A stretch of 24,240 nt of DNA from a virus (lineage: Duplodnaviria > Caudoviricetes): positions 1-24,240 of the IMG/VR virus record IMGVR_UViG_3300004829_000008; one strand, 5' to 3'. Of the stretch, positions 15,227 through 24,240 are shown piece after piece. Below the pieces are notes generated by a model. It did not search any database. It was not told the DNA's origin and worked only from the letters and a program-made list of their open reading frames with translations. The first letter of the stretch is position 1, and the number at the start of each line of letters is the position of its first letter. Both the position numbers and the translations under genes were made by a program.

Positions 15227-15619
15227 ATGGCACATAAAAGAGAGATCTTCAGCGACCTAGACATTGCTTTTCATCCTCATCCGATATCGGGTAAGTTGAA
15301 CCGCAAAGTAAACCGAGACGCAGTGCGTCAGTCGGTGAAGTCACTCATTTTGACCGATTACTTTGAAAGACCGTTCAGGTCTGGCATTGGATGTAGTCTG
15401 CGTTATTTGTTGTTCGAGAACTTTACTCCTCCGATCAAACAACAAATGGAAAACGCAGTTCGAGAAGTCATCCGAAACTATGAACCAAGAGCAGATGTGA
15501 TCGAGGTTTTGGTTGAGGAACGTCCAGATATGAACGCACTTACTGTATCTGTCGCATTCATGATAGTGAATGACCCAGATCCTATTATCCTAGATGTATT
15601 ACTAGAAAGAGTCCGATAG
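15227..15619 (+). CDS. gp25: Baseplate wedge subunit gp25
   Basis: FSDLDIAF..HP, AVRQSVKSLILT...ERPF...IG, LLFE, IRNYEPR, LERVR. Confidence 0.95.
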   Translation: MAHKREIFSDLDIAFHPHPISGKLNRKVNRDAVRQSVKSLILTDYFERPFRSGIGCSLRYLLFENFTPPIKQQMENAVREVIRNYEPRADVIEVLVEERPDMNALTVSVAFMIVNDPDPIILDVLLERVR

Positions 15620-17395
15620 ATGGCAGCAGCAAATAGTTACTTACAGGTTACGGAACTTGACTTTGCGGATATCCGCTCTAATCTAAAGTCATACCTAAGC
15701 ACACAAGACCAATTCCAAGACTATGACTTCGAAGGTTCTTCGATGTCTGTTCTTCTAGATTTGCTTGCATACAATACGCATTACAATTCGTATTATGTTA
15801 ATATGCTTGCAAACGAAATGTTCTTGGATACTGCTCAGCAAAGGGATTCCGTTGTTTCATTCGCAAAGACGTTGGGTTATACTCCTGTGTCTGCCATCGG
15901 TGCTTCTGCTAACGTTCAGGTGACGTTTACAGGGTTTGCTAATACTGTGAACCAAGTAACGATCCCACGGAACTCAAAGTTCTCAACGACCATCGATGAC
16001 ATTCAGTACACATACGTCACCCCTCAGGCATATACGGTTATCCGTGACTTTGACACAAACACTTTCGTAAAAGATATTACTATCAAAGAAGGTTTGCCTC
16101 TGACTCATCGTTGGGTATATGATGCGAACAATCCGAAGCGATTTATTATCCCTAACAAGAATGTTGATATCACAAGTATCCGTGTGAGTGTTCAGGCATC
16201 AGGTACTGATACAGAGGTTACACAATATACTCGTGCAACTAACATCAACCAAGTTTTCTCTACCTCTGCTGTATACTTTGTTGAAGAAGCAGCAGACGAG
16301 AAATATGAGATTATCTTTGGTCAAGGTGCGCTGGGTAAGAGGATTATCAACGGTAATATCGTTATTGTGGAATACCTTGTGTGTAATGGCGAGGACACTA
16401 ACGGTGCGAAAACTTTCTCTATCGACACACTCAACGTTGGAGAGACATATGATACCGCAAAGGTGACGAAAGTCAACACCTCTTCACGTGGTGGTCGTCC
16501 TCCAGAAACTATCGAGTCTATTAAATTTAACGCACCAAGAAACTACCAGACACAGAACCGTGCAGTTATTGATAATGACTACGAACGAATTTTGTTAGCA
16601 GAAAACCCAGACCTTCAGTCGGTTACTGCTTATGGTGGCGAGAAAGCAAATCCTCCTGTATATGGTAAGGTGTTTATTGCAGCAAAACCTTTTGGCGAGC
16701 AATTCATCACTGCTACTCGTAAGCAACAACTAAGGGAATCAATTATCAATCGTACTTCGCTTGCTATTGATCCTGTGTTTGTGGATGCTGATTATATCTA
16801 CCTTGTTCCGATGATCACAACTTATTTCGATAAGACTAATAGCACAGAAACTAATGCTTCGGTCGAAGATGCTATCAGAACTGCAATTGCAGATTACTCT
16901 GTTAATAACCTAGAACGTTTTGGCAACAGACTGAGATATTCTAGATTCGTTCGTGCACTAGATAATACTGATCGTGGTTCTATTCTAAACAACGATGCTT
17001 CGATTAAACTAGAGAAGCGTTTCGTCCCAGACCTTCAAAGAAAGACTAAGGTTGAGTTGGATTATAGCAACCCAATCACTGTTGGTTCAGTAGAATCTAC
17101 TCAGTTCACTTTCGGTGGATTTGAGTGTTTCTTGGATGATGATAGTAAAGGTAATATTCGAATTATCCGATACAATGACTTGAAGCAAAAGGTTGCCGTT
17201 GAAAGTAAAGCAGGGACAGTAGACTATACCTCTGGACTTGTAACGATTAATGCCTTCCTCCCGACTGCATATTCTGGTATCGAGATTAAAGTTGGCGTAT
17301 TCTCTGATAGACTAGACGTTATCCCATTAAGAGAACAAATCCTTATTATGAATGCTCAGGAAGCAGACATCAAAGTAATTGCTGAGGTAACTTAA
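15620..17395 (+). CDS. gp6: Baseplate wedge subunit gp6
   Basis: ELDFADIRSNLK.YL, DYDFEGS.MSVLLDLLAYNTHYN, NEMFLDTA, LGYTP, ESIKFNAP..Y.TQNRAV..DY, YGKVFI. Confidence 0.96.
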   Translation: MAAANSYLQVTELDFADIRSNLKSYLSTQDQFQDYDFEGSSMSVLLDLLAYNTHYNSYYVNMLANEMFLDTAQQRDSVVSFAKTLGYTPVSAIGASANVQVTFTGFANTVNQVTIPRNSKFSTTIDDIQYTYVTPQAYTVIRDFDTNTFVKDITIKEGLPLTHRWVYDANNPKRFIIPNKNVDITSIRVSVQASGTDTEVTQYTRATNINQVFSTSAVYFVEEAADEKYEIIFGQGALGKRIINGNIVIVEYLVCNGEDTNGAKTFSIDTLNVGETYDTAKVTKVNTSSRGGRPPETIESIKFNAPRNYQTQNRAVIDNDYERILLAENPDLQSVTAYGGEKANPPVYGKVFIAAKPFGEQFITATRKQQLRESIINRTSLAIDPVFVDADYIYLVPMITTYFDKTNSTETNASVEDAIRTAIADYSVNNLERFGNRLRYSRFVRALDNTDRGSILNNDASIKLEKRFVPDLQRKTKVELDYSNPITVGSVESTQFTFGGFECFLDDDSKGNIRIIRYNDLKQKVAVESKAGTVDYTSGLVTINAFLPTAYSGIEIKVGVFSDRLDVIPLREQILIMNAQEADIKVIAEVT

Positions 17396-17399
17396 CTAA

Positions 17400-20246
17400 A
17401 TGGCGACAGAAAAGATCTCATCTTTAGTTAAATCGCAACTCCCCTCTTTCTATCAAGAAGAGGGCGAGAACTTCATTGCGTTCATGGAAGCATACTATGA
17501 ATACATGGAGCAAAACGGCAAACTAACAGATACCGTCCGCAACTTGACTTCGTACCGAGATATCTCGACAACGACAGATGAGTTTATCAATTATTTCATA
17601 TCGTCTTTCTTGCCTTCTATTCCTCTTGATGCGGTAGCAGACAAAAAGACTCTAGTCAAATATATTAAGTATTTCAACCAGACACGTGGTACAAATGCTT
17701 CATATAGACTACTATTCCGTGCATTGTATAATGAAGACATCGACTTCAGTTTCCCTGCCGATCAGATGCTTAAAGTATCAAACGGTGATTGGAGAATTGA
17801 CAGATATCTTGTTACCGACTATGATGAAAACACATATAAGTTTATCGGAAAGACTATTGTTGGCGCAGACTCTGGTGCTCAGGCACTTGTAGAAGATATT
17901 GTAAGACGTGGTATCCGTGGTCGTGATATTATGCAAGTTATTGTATCTAATATCAAAGGCGAATTCTATAACAAAGAACCGATTACTCTTCTTTCTGAAT
18001 TGGGAAGTTCTGGTAATCCGCATGCCCCTATTATTGAGGCGGGTATCAATGGAGTTTCTATTGTTACTGCAGGTTCGTTCTATAAAGTCGGTGATGTAGT
18101 AGATCTTATTTCTAAAGAACGAGGCAAGTTTGCTAAAGTCGTTATCACAGCGACTCAAGACTTGGGTGGTTCTCTAGTATACTCGCTGAACGATGGTGGT
18201 TCAGGTTACACTTCTTCTGGCGAAGAAGGTGGCACAAGTATCGAATTTATTTCTGGTGATGGTTTGCCAGAAGGTTCTTTCGAAATTAGATACCCTGATA
18301 TTGTAGATACTTTTGCTATTGCAGTCAACACAAATAAAGTAAATTCGAATACTATTTACGGAAGTTCTGCTCCGACAGTAACATTCCCTGATGGTTCTAC
18401 TCAACCAATGAACACGTTCGCTAACGTATGCCTTGCTGCAGTAGATTACGGATTCCCAGAAGATGGGCAGCAAGTAAGTGACAGCAAAGACTACTTTGAT
18501 CAGGAAAATGCTAAATTAAAAATATCTTCTCCATCGGATCCTAATGTATCTGTTGGCGATATTCTTATTGGTCAGACGTCAGGTGCGAATGCGGTAGTGA
18601 CAGCAGTCACAACCTATAATAGCACTTCAGTGGTTGCGACAACAAACGGTTATTCGCAATTTGCAAATAGCGAAAACGTCCTTAAAGTCGGTTCAACTAT
18701 TGGTACTGCGACATACTGGGGCAACACCGCAGGTTCTATTATCCTTCAGGTTGGTTACGATTCTGTTTCGCATTCTATTGGTGAGGGTGACGAGATTATT
18801 GGTCTAGTCACAGGTGCTCGTGGTATTGTTAAGAAGGTTCTTGGTGATACTGCTCCAGTGCTAGACTACGACTATGATAATGACTCTGTTAATGAGTGGT
18901 CAACATACACGCTAAAGGTTGCAGCAAATAATACATCAAACCTAACAAGTCAATTCTCTTGTGGACCAATTAAACAGTTCGTTGAAGATGAGGGTATTGC
19001 TAAAGTATCAGCACCATCGGTTTCTGTTGGTAACGTTATATTTGACACCTCAAATACTGTTGTCGAAAATATTTACAGTAAACTGAGCGATGCTTTCCTA
19101 TTCAAAACCACTACAATGGGTACAATCGGTAAGTTGTCTCTGCAGACAGGTGGTGAGGGTTATTCATTCCCACCAACTATCCGTGTTCGTGAAAACGACA
19201 TTGCTGCATTGGGCATTGGTGAAGCATACCTGACTATTCAATCTGATGACGAAAACTGGGGAACTGGTAACTCGTCTATCACTAAGGTTGACACGACAGA
19301 CAGACTTTATCAGTCTTCAACTACTGCTAGTGGCGATATTAAAGCAGGTTCTAAAGGTAACGATCCAGTTGCTACTCCAGTGCAGTATGCAAATGGCACA
19401 TACGAATCTGTTATCCGTGTTTGGCAGGATTCTCAGCAGAGAACTCCAGGAAGCATCATGTGGGCAAACAATGCTACTGTTCGCCTTGACTTCTATGATG
19501 GTGACTATATTCCATTTGGTTCCGACAACAGAAGTCTGGTTGCTACTGGTTCTGCTAAGATCGTCAACGTACAAGACGAAGGTGTTCTAGGTCAGAATGC
19601 CGACATTACTGCAACTGTTGGTGCGGACGGTACTGCTACTGGTATTCGTGTTCTTGATTCTGGTTTCGCATACCAAGACCAAGAGATTGTTCTTATCGAA
19701 GCACGCACAGACCGTAATGCTGGCGCAACTTCTGCGGAACTTAAATTGTCATTGGGTAGTGTGGCAAATGGTGAAGGTTATTATGCGTCGACACGTGGTC
19801 ACCTAGACTCTAAACGATCATTCATTCAGGACAGTAACTACTATCAAGAATATTCTTATGAGGTTATCTCTCCTATCTCGCTTGATCGATACCGTGAAGT
19901 CGCACTTAAACTGGTACACCCTGCAGGTCAGGCACTGTTTGGCAAATACCAAGCGAAAAGTAATGCTGCCGTTGAAGTCACAGCATCTTCTGCAAGCACC
20001 AAAAAGGTTCGTGTTGGCGGTACACTGACTGTGACTAACGGAAGTAACAACATTGTTGGTTCTGGGTCTAATTTCTTGACTACATTGAGCAATAACGGTA
20101 TACTTACAATTGAGATTGCTCCAAAAGAATACCAGCAAGTCAGACTAAATATTGTCAGCAGCGATACAACAGCAAACATTGTTGGTAACTGGTCAAACTC
20201 TACGTTGACAGGTGCCAGCGCATATTATCAGTCGGGAACGATTTAA
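17400..20246 (+). CDS. Baseplate wedge initiator gp7-like
   Basis: ISSLVKSQLP.F..E...FIAFMEAYYEYME, RGT.ASYRLLFRALYNE, IQDSNYYQEYSYEV, LVHPAG..LFG; lies between gp6 and gp8. Confidence 0.85.
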   Translation: MATEKISSLVKSQLPSFYQEEGENFIAFMEAYYEYMEQNGKLTDTVRNLTSYRDISTTTDEFINYFISSFLPSIPLDAVADKKTLVKYIKYFNQTRGTNASYRLLFRALYNEDIDFSFPADQMLKVSNGDWRIDRYLVTDYDENTYKFIGKTIVGADSGAQALVEDIVRRGIRGRDIMQVIVSNIKGEFYNKEPITLLSELGSSGNPHAPIIEAGINGVSIVTAGSFYKVGDVVDLISKERGKFAKVVITATQDLGGSLVYSLNDGGSGYTSSGEEGGTSIEFISGDGLPEGSFEIRYPDIVDTFAIAVNTNKVNSNTIYGSSAPTVTFPDGSTQPMNTFANVCLAAVDYGFPEDGQQVSDSKDYFDQENAKLKISSPSDPNVSVGDILIGQTSGANAVVTAVTTYNSTSVVATTNGYSQFANSENVLKVGSTIGTATYWGNTAGSIILQVGYDSVSHSIGEGDEIIGLVTGARGIVKKVLGDTAPVLDYDYDNDSVNEWSTYTLKVAANNTSNLTSQFSCGPIKQFVEDEGIAKVSAPSVSVGNVIFDTSNTVVENIYSKLSDAFLFKTTTMGTIGKLSLQTGGEGYSFPPTIRVRENDIAALGIGEAYLTIQSDDENWGTGNSSITKVDTTDRLYQSSTTASGDIKAGSKGNDPVATPVQYANGTYESVIRVWQDSQQRTPGSIMWANNATVRLDFYDGDYIPFGSDNRSLVATGSAKIVNVQDEGVLGQNADITATVGADGTATGIRVLDSGFAYQDQEIVLIEARTDRNAGATSAELKLSLGSVANGEGYYASTRGHLDSKRSFIQDSNYYQEYSYEVISPISLDRYREVALKLVHPAGQALFGKYQAKSNAAVEVTASSASTKKVRVGGTLTVTNGSNNIVGSGSNFLTTLSNNGILTIEIAPKEYQQVRLNIVSSDTTANIVGNWSNSTLTGASAYYQSGTI
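20144..20151 (+). promoter_or_regulatory. Putative late promoter variant ACTAAATA upstream of gp8
   Basis: About 96 nt upstream of the ATG at 20248. Confidence 0.4.
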
Positions 20247-20247
20247 G

Positions 20248-22026
20248 ATGGCAACGTATAGATACGCAACCAAAGACCTTTCAATCACGAATGCAGAAGC
20301 ATTTATTCATTCTATTCAGGATGATGAAGACAGCGCAAGCAAAAAAGAGTCTACGATTCTATATGCGGTTCTTGGTAAAAACTCCCCCTACACAAATGAA
20401 CCAGAACCAGAGAAACCTGAAGATAACGAACAATATCTCCACTATGATGTAATGCGCAACTTTATTGGTGGTAAGAAGGTTACTGCCGAAGATGCCAGTC
20501 ACGTAACAGAACGTGTTGACTGGGTATCTGGTGAAGTATATTCTATGTATCGTGATCGTGATGAGGATATGTACGACCGTCCTTTTTACGTTTTGACAGA
20601 CGAGATGAACGTATACAAGTGTTTGTATAATAACAAAGGTGCTGCATCTACCGTCAAACCAACAGGGTTCTCAACTGTATCTTTCGGAACTTCAGACGGT
20701 TATATTTGGAAATATATGTTCACCGTAACGCTCGGTGATGCAAACAAATTCTTAACTTCAACTCATATTCCTGTTAGATCATATAGTAATGACGGTACAT
20801 CAGAATCAGACCGAGCACTTGCCGTTCAAGGTGCAGCAGTAAACGGTGCGATTGAAGTTATCGAAACGAACCAAGTTGGTTCTGGTTACCATCAGGTTGC
20901 TAATGGTCAGGTTGCTGCTGGCGGTAAATATATTCTAACTCTTGATACGTCAAGCGACAACCCACCATCTTCTATCGACAACTTCTACACTGGCGGTAGC
21001 GTATATGTTAAGTCTGGTACTGGTGCAGGTCAATTGCGTCGTATCATCAACTGGGAAGGTTCTTCTCGGACACTTACTGTAAACACTGCGTTTGCTACTG
21101 TATGTAACTCAGATTCACGTGTTATCATTTCACCGACTGTTACTGTTATTGGTGATGGTAAAGGTGCGAAAGCATATACTCAGGTTGACGAAGATACTGG
21201 TGGTATTAAGAACATCACTGTTATTGATACTGGTCGAGATTACACTCGTGCTAAAGCATTGATCAGTGCTAACTCTATCCACGGTGCAGGTGCAACTGCC
21301 AACGTTGTTATGTCTCCGCTTGGTGGACATGGTAGCAATCCTATTCGTGAGTTGTACGCTGATAAGGTTTGTTTGAACGTTCAGTTCGATGGCATTGAGG
21401 GCGTGTCTGCTAACGGTAACGGATATATTCCGACTGATGTCGACTTCCGTTCTATCAGTATCCTTAAAGACCCTGTTCTTAAATGTGATGCGAATAATAA
21501 CATTACTGCAGAGTCTGTTGCTAACACATCAAACTCTCCTGATACACTACGATTTACTACTCGTATGCAAATCTCGTATTTGCAGATGGCAAACAATACT
21601 CCAGTTAATCCGCTCGAAACTCTTGACGTTATTACAAACGAAAGAAATAGATTGCGTGCTGAATTAGGTGAGTTGGAATTTGTTACAGAACTTAACCCAC
21701 TTAAACGTGCAGACCAATCAATGAAGTTTGCGCTGCAAGGTGCTAATGCTCACATCGTACATATTTCTGACGATGAGACAGAATCCGACCCAACCTTCTA
21801 TGTTGCGTATATAAATAACGTAGAAAGTTATGGCGAGTATGCCCCATTCACTAAAGATGACGTGATTCTGAAGGCAGGGGATGCAACTGCGGTAGCAACA
21901 GTGGAAACGATCAAAGGTCCAGAAGCAAACACTTTCTCAGGCGAGGTTATCTATACTGAAAATACTCGTGTTGTGACAAGAGACCCAGATCAAATTGAAG
22001 ATATTAAAATCATTCTAGATTTCTAA
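20248..22026 (+). CDS. gp8: Baseplate wedge subunit gp8
   Basis: RVDWVSGEVYSMY, FYVLTDEMNVYKCLYN, DGYIWKYMFT, GGHGSNP..EL, SGEVIY.EN....R...Q.EDIKIILDF. ATG at 20248 follows the gp7 stop. Confidence 0.92.
   Translation: MATYRYATKDLSITNAEAFIHSIQDDEDSASKKESTILYAVLGKNSPYTNEPEPEKPEDNEQYLHYDVMRNFIGGKKVTAEDASHVTERVDWVSGEVYSMYRDRDEDMYDRPFYVLTDEMNVYKCLYNNKGAASTVKPTGFSTVSFGTSDGYIWKYMFTVTLGDANKFLTSTHIPVRSYSNDGTSESDRALAVQGAAVNGAIEVIETNQVGSGYHQVANGQVAAGGKYILTLDTSSDNPPSSIDNFYTGGSVYVKSGTGAGQLRRIINWEGSSRTLTVNTAFATVCNSDSRVIISPTVTVIGDGKGAKAYTQVDEDTGGIKNITVIDTGRDYTRAKALISANSIHGAGATANVVMSPLGGHGSNPIRELYADKVCLNVQFDGIEGVSANGNGYIPTDVDFRSISILKDPVLKCDANNNITAESVANTSNSPDTLRFTTRMQISYLQMANNTPVNPLETLDVITNERNRLRAELGELEFVTELNPLKRADQSMKFALQGANAHIVHISDDETESDPTFYVAYINNVESYGEYAPFTKDDVILKAGDATAVATVETIKGPEANTFSGEVIYTENTRVVTRDPDQIEDIKIILDF
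21810..21817 (+). promoter_or_regulatory. Late promoter TATAAATA inside gp8, upstream of the VrlC-like gene
   Basis: Perfect consensus about 225 nt upstream of the ATG at 22041. Confidence 0.6.
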
Positions 22027-22040
22027 AGGTAGAGAGATAA

Positions 22041-24240
22041 ATGGCAATCGAAACCAATCTAAATCAGAGTCCGTACTTCGACGATTATTCTGAAAGTAAA
22101 GACTTTCATCGGATTCTGTTCCGTCCTGGATATGGCGTTCAGGCAAGAGAACTGACGCAACTCCAGACAATCATGCAAACTCAGATCGAAAGGTTTGCGA
22201 ATGAGGTTGTCATTGACGGCACTATAATCACTGGTTGTGGTCTCTCGACCGACACTGTCGGATACGTTAAACTGCGAGACAAGAACAAGAATAATAACAT
22301 TCTCCTTCTTGGTCAATTCTATGACGGTAGCAAGGTTGCTAATGCAGTTGTTACTGGCGAAACTTCTGGCGTGACTGCTCGACTGGTTGACGTTGCTGAA
22401 GGTTCTGAAGCAGCAGCACCAGACTACCTGACTATGTTTGTCCACTACACTAACTCTGGTACAAACAAAACGTCTAAGCAGTTCTTGGATGGCGAATCTC
22501 TTCGCTTGACTACTACTGGCACAAATAATACAATTCTATATGCCAACACAATCACTTCTGGTGCAACTGGTGTTGGTCTAAGAGCAGCAATCACCGATGG
22601 TATCGTATACCATAAAGGACATTTCCTTCGTGTAGAAAACCAATCTGCCATTGTTGGTAAATACACCCACCGTCCTTCCAAGAAAATTGGTTTCCGTACA
22701 CTCGAAAGTATTGTAGATTCCAACCAAGACTCTTCATTGCTTGATAACGCAACTGGTGCAACTAACTACTCTGCTCCAGGTTCGAACCGTCTCAAGATGG
22801 TTCCTACTCTTTCTGTATACGACTACAATTACGCAAACACAGAAAACTTCTTCTTGCTTGCGACTATCAACGAAGGTTCGGTAGAATCTCGTAACGATGA
22901 TACCACCTATTCTGATATCGGTAAATACATTGCTTCTCAGTTCCATGATACAAACGGCAACTATGTAACAGATCCGTTTAGTATTCGTATGCGTGAGCAC
23001 CTTAACAAACCAAATAGTCTTGGTCGATACACTGCTGGCGAAAGCGGTGATGCTAACAAACTTGTTGCTGAGATCGAAAAGGGTCGTGGTTATGTAAACG
23101 GTTTCAAAGTAGAGCAGTTCGGTGCTTCTTACCTTGATGTAAATAAAGCAACTGTATCAAATACTTCTACTGGCATTGCCATTTCTCAGGCAGTCGGCAA
23201 CTATGTTATCGTTGACGATGTTGCTGGTGGTTGGGATATGCAGGAACTTTCTGAGGTTTCTCTTCGCTCAGCATTTGGTAATGCGGTAACTGACGCAACT
23301 CACTCTTCTACTTCTATTCCAGGAAGTGAAGTTGGTACTGCTAAAGTCCGTGGTTTTGAGTGGGACTCTGGCACTAAAGGTACTCCAGATTGTAAATATC
23401 GTCTATACCTATTCGACATCCAGATGAATGGCGGTAAGTCTTTCGCAAACGATGTTCGCTCTTTTGTTATCCAAGATGCTATGGGTTCTGGTAAGCATGC
23501 CCTTGCTGATGCGGTTCAAGAAAGCAGTAAGACTGTTCTTAAAGAAACAAGTTTGCTTCCTCTGGTATACAAAACTGGTTTCTTTGCTACTAAGTCTCAC
23601 AGCGATGTTCAGTGGGTTACTCGTAAGAAGTTTGAGGGTATCGGTATTGCTGTTGGCGGTACTGGTGATGCTGCTCTTAACACAGACGGTGGCACAAACC
23701 TTGCTACTGGTGGCGCAGAGGACTTCAACGATGGCGGTGCAACTATCTCTCTCGAAGATCACCGTAAGTATATCATCGTATCTCGAACAGCAACTAAGAC
23801 TGTTGACCTGACTGGTACTATCAGCAGTGTTTCTGGCACGACTGTTACTGGTAGCGGAACTTCGTTCACGACTGAATATGAAGTTGGTGACCTAGTTGAC
23901 GTCACTATCAGTTCGACTGAAACAGCGATTGGTTACATTGAATCTATCGACAGCGATACTCAGATTACTCTGACTGATACTGCGTTGGCAACGTTTACTG
24001 GTGCGACAAACACTCACCGTGCTTCGTTCCCTGTTGGACACGTATGGAATCTGCAGAACAAAGAAAGTCCTGCTATCCTTTCTGAACCAACTAACGGCAC
24101 TCTTGACATCGATTTCCAAAGAACGTTTGATACTTCGTTCACTGTTGATATCTACTTCGATGTCGTTAAGACCTCTGCTGCTGGTGCTAAGAAAACTGTT
24201 AATAAGAATAAGATGGTTCGTATTAACACTGGTTCTCACT
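22041..24240 (+). CDS. Large virion structural protein, VrlC/DUF4815-like (3'-truncated by the window edge)
   Basis: Absent from the track (no stop). Starts MAIETNLNQSPYFDDYSESKDFHRILFRPGYGVQARELTQLQTIMQTQIERF; contains SLLDNATGATNYSAPGSNRLK; the same frame is open at the window end (...AGAKKTVNKNKMVRINTGSH). Confidence 0.9.
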   Translation, partial: MAIETNLNQSPYFDDYSESKDFHRILFRPGYGVQARELTQLQTIMQTQIERFANEVVIDGTIITGCGLSTDTVGYVKLRDKNKNNNILLLGQFYDGSKVANAVVTGETSGVTARLVDVAEGSEAAAPDYLTMFVHYTNSGTNKTSKQFLDGESLRLTTTGTNNTILYANTITSGATGVGLRAAITDGIVYHKGHFLRVENQSAIVGKYTHRPSKKIGFRTLESIVDSNQDSSLLDNATGATNYSAPGSNRLKMVPTLSVYDYNYANTENFFLLATINEGSVESRNDDTTYSDIGKYIASQFHDTNGNYVTDPFSIRMREHLNKPNSLGRYTAGESGDANKLVAEIEKGRGYVNGFKVEQFGASYLDVNKATVSNTSTGIAISQAVGNYVIVDDVAGGWDMQELSEVSLRSAFGNAVTDATHSSTSIPGSEVGTAKVRGFEWDSGTKGTPDCKYRLYLFDIQMNGGKSFANDVRSFVIQDAMGSGKHALADAVQESSKTVLKETSLLPLVYKTGFFATKSHSDVQWVTRKKFEGIGIAVGGTGDAALNTDGGTNLATGGAEDFNDGGATISLEDHRKYIIVSRTATKTVDLTGTISSVSGTTVTGSGTSFTTEYEVGDLVDVTISSTETAIGYIESIDSDTQITLTDTALATFTGATNTHRASFPVGHVWNLQNKESPAILSEPTNGTLDIDFQRTFDTSFTVDIYFDVVKTSAAGAKKTVNKNKMVRINTGSH

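Noticed and set aside
22059-24239. Short ORFs on both strands in the last 2.2 kb
   Set aside because: They overlap the single open VrlC-like frame starting at 22041.
1-24240. tRNA, rRNA, CRISPR array, introns/inteins, DGR repeats, stop-codon reassignment
   Set aside because: None seen by eye. Coding density is near complete, core genes appear uninterrupted, and TAA, TAG and TGA all end recognisable genes at expected positions.

Overview
This window is a segment of a T4-like myovirus genome with the gene organisation seen in marine, non-enteric T4-like phages; the host cannot be determined from the sequence. On the left is a leftward operon of two overlapping exported proteins of unknown function. 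Next comes a rightward block (SleB-type cell-wall hydrolase, gp33, gp59, a small coiled-coil ORF, gp32) ending at a cUUCGg terminator. A leftward tail block follows (gp4, gp2, gp54-like, gp26-like, gp51-like, EF-hand membrane protein, gp29-like tape measure). The rest is a rightward baseplate block (gp48, gp53, gp27-like hub, P-loop kinase, gp5 spike, PAAR, Hc1-like protein, gp25, gp6, gp7-like, gp8, and a truncated VrlC/DUF4815-like protein). T4-type late promoters (TATAAATA and variants) and two sigma70 promoters are visible. The most notable signals are: (i) a U_UUU_UUC slippery site that would fuse gp26 to an RBS-less gp51 by -1 frameshifting, in the tail tube / chaperone / tape measure position of lambda G/GT; (ii) apparently complete absence of RGCY and CCGG in a manual scan of all 24 kb; (iii) the overlapping exported-protein pair behind a palindromic bidirectional late promoter; (iv) a zeta-toxin-like kinase with a possible capsid-targeting leader; (v) a gp5 spike carrying a C-terminal NlpC/P60-like peptidase instead of lysozyme. 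All family calls come from motif recognition and synteny, not database searches.
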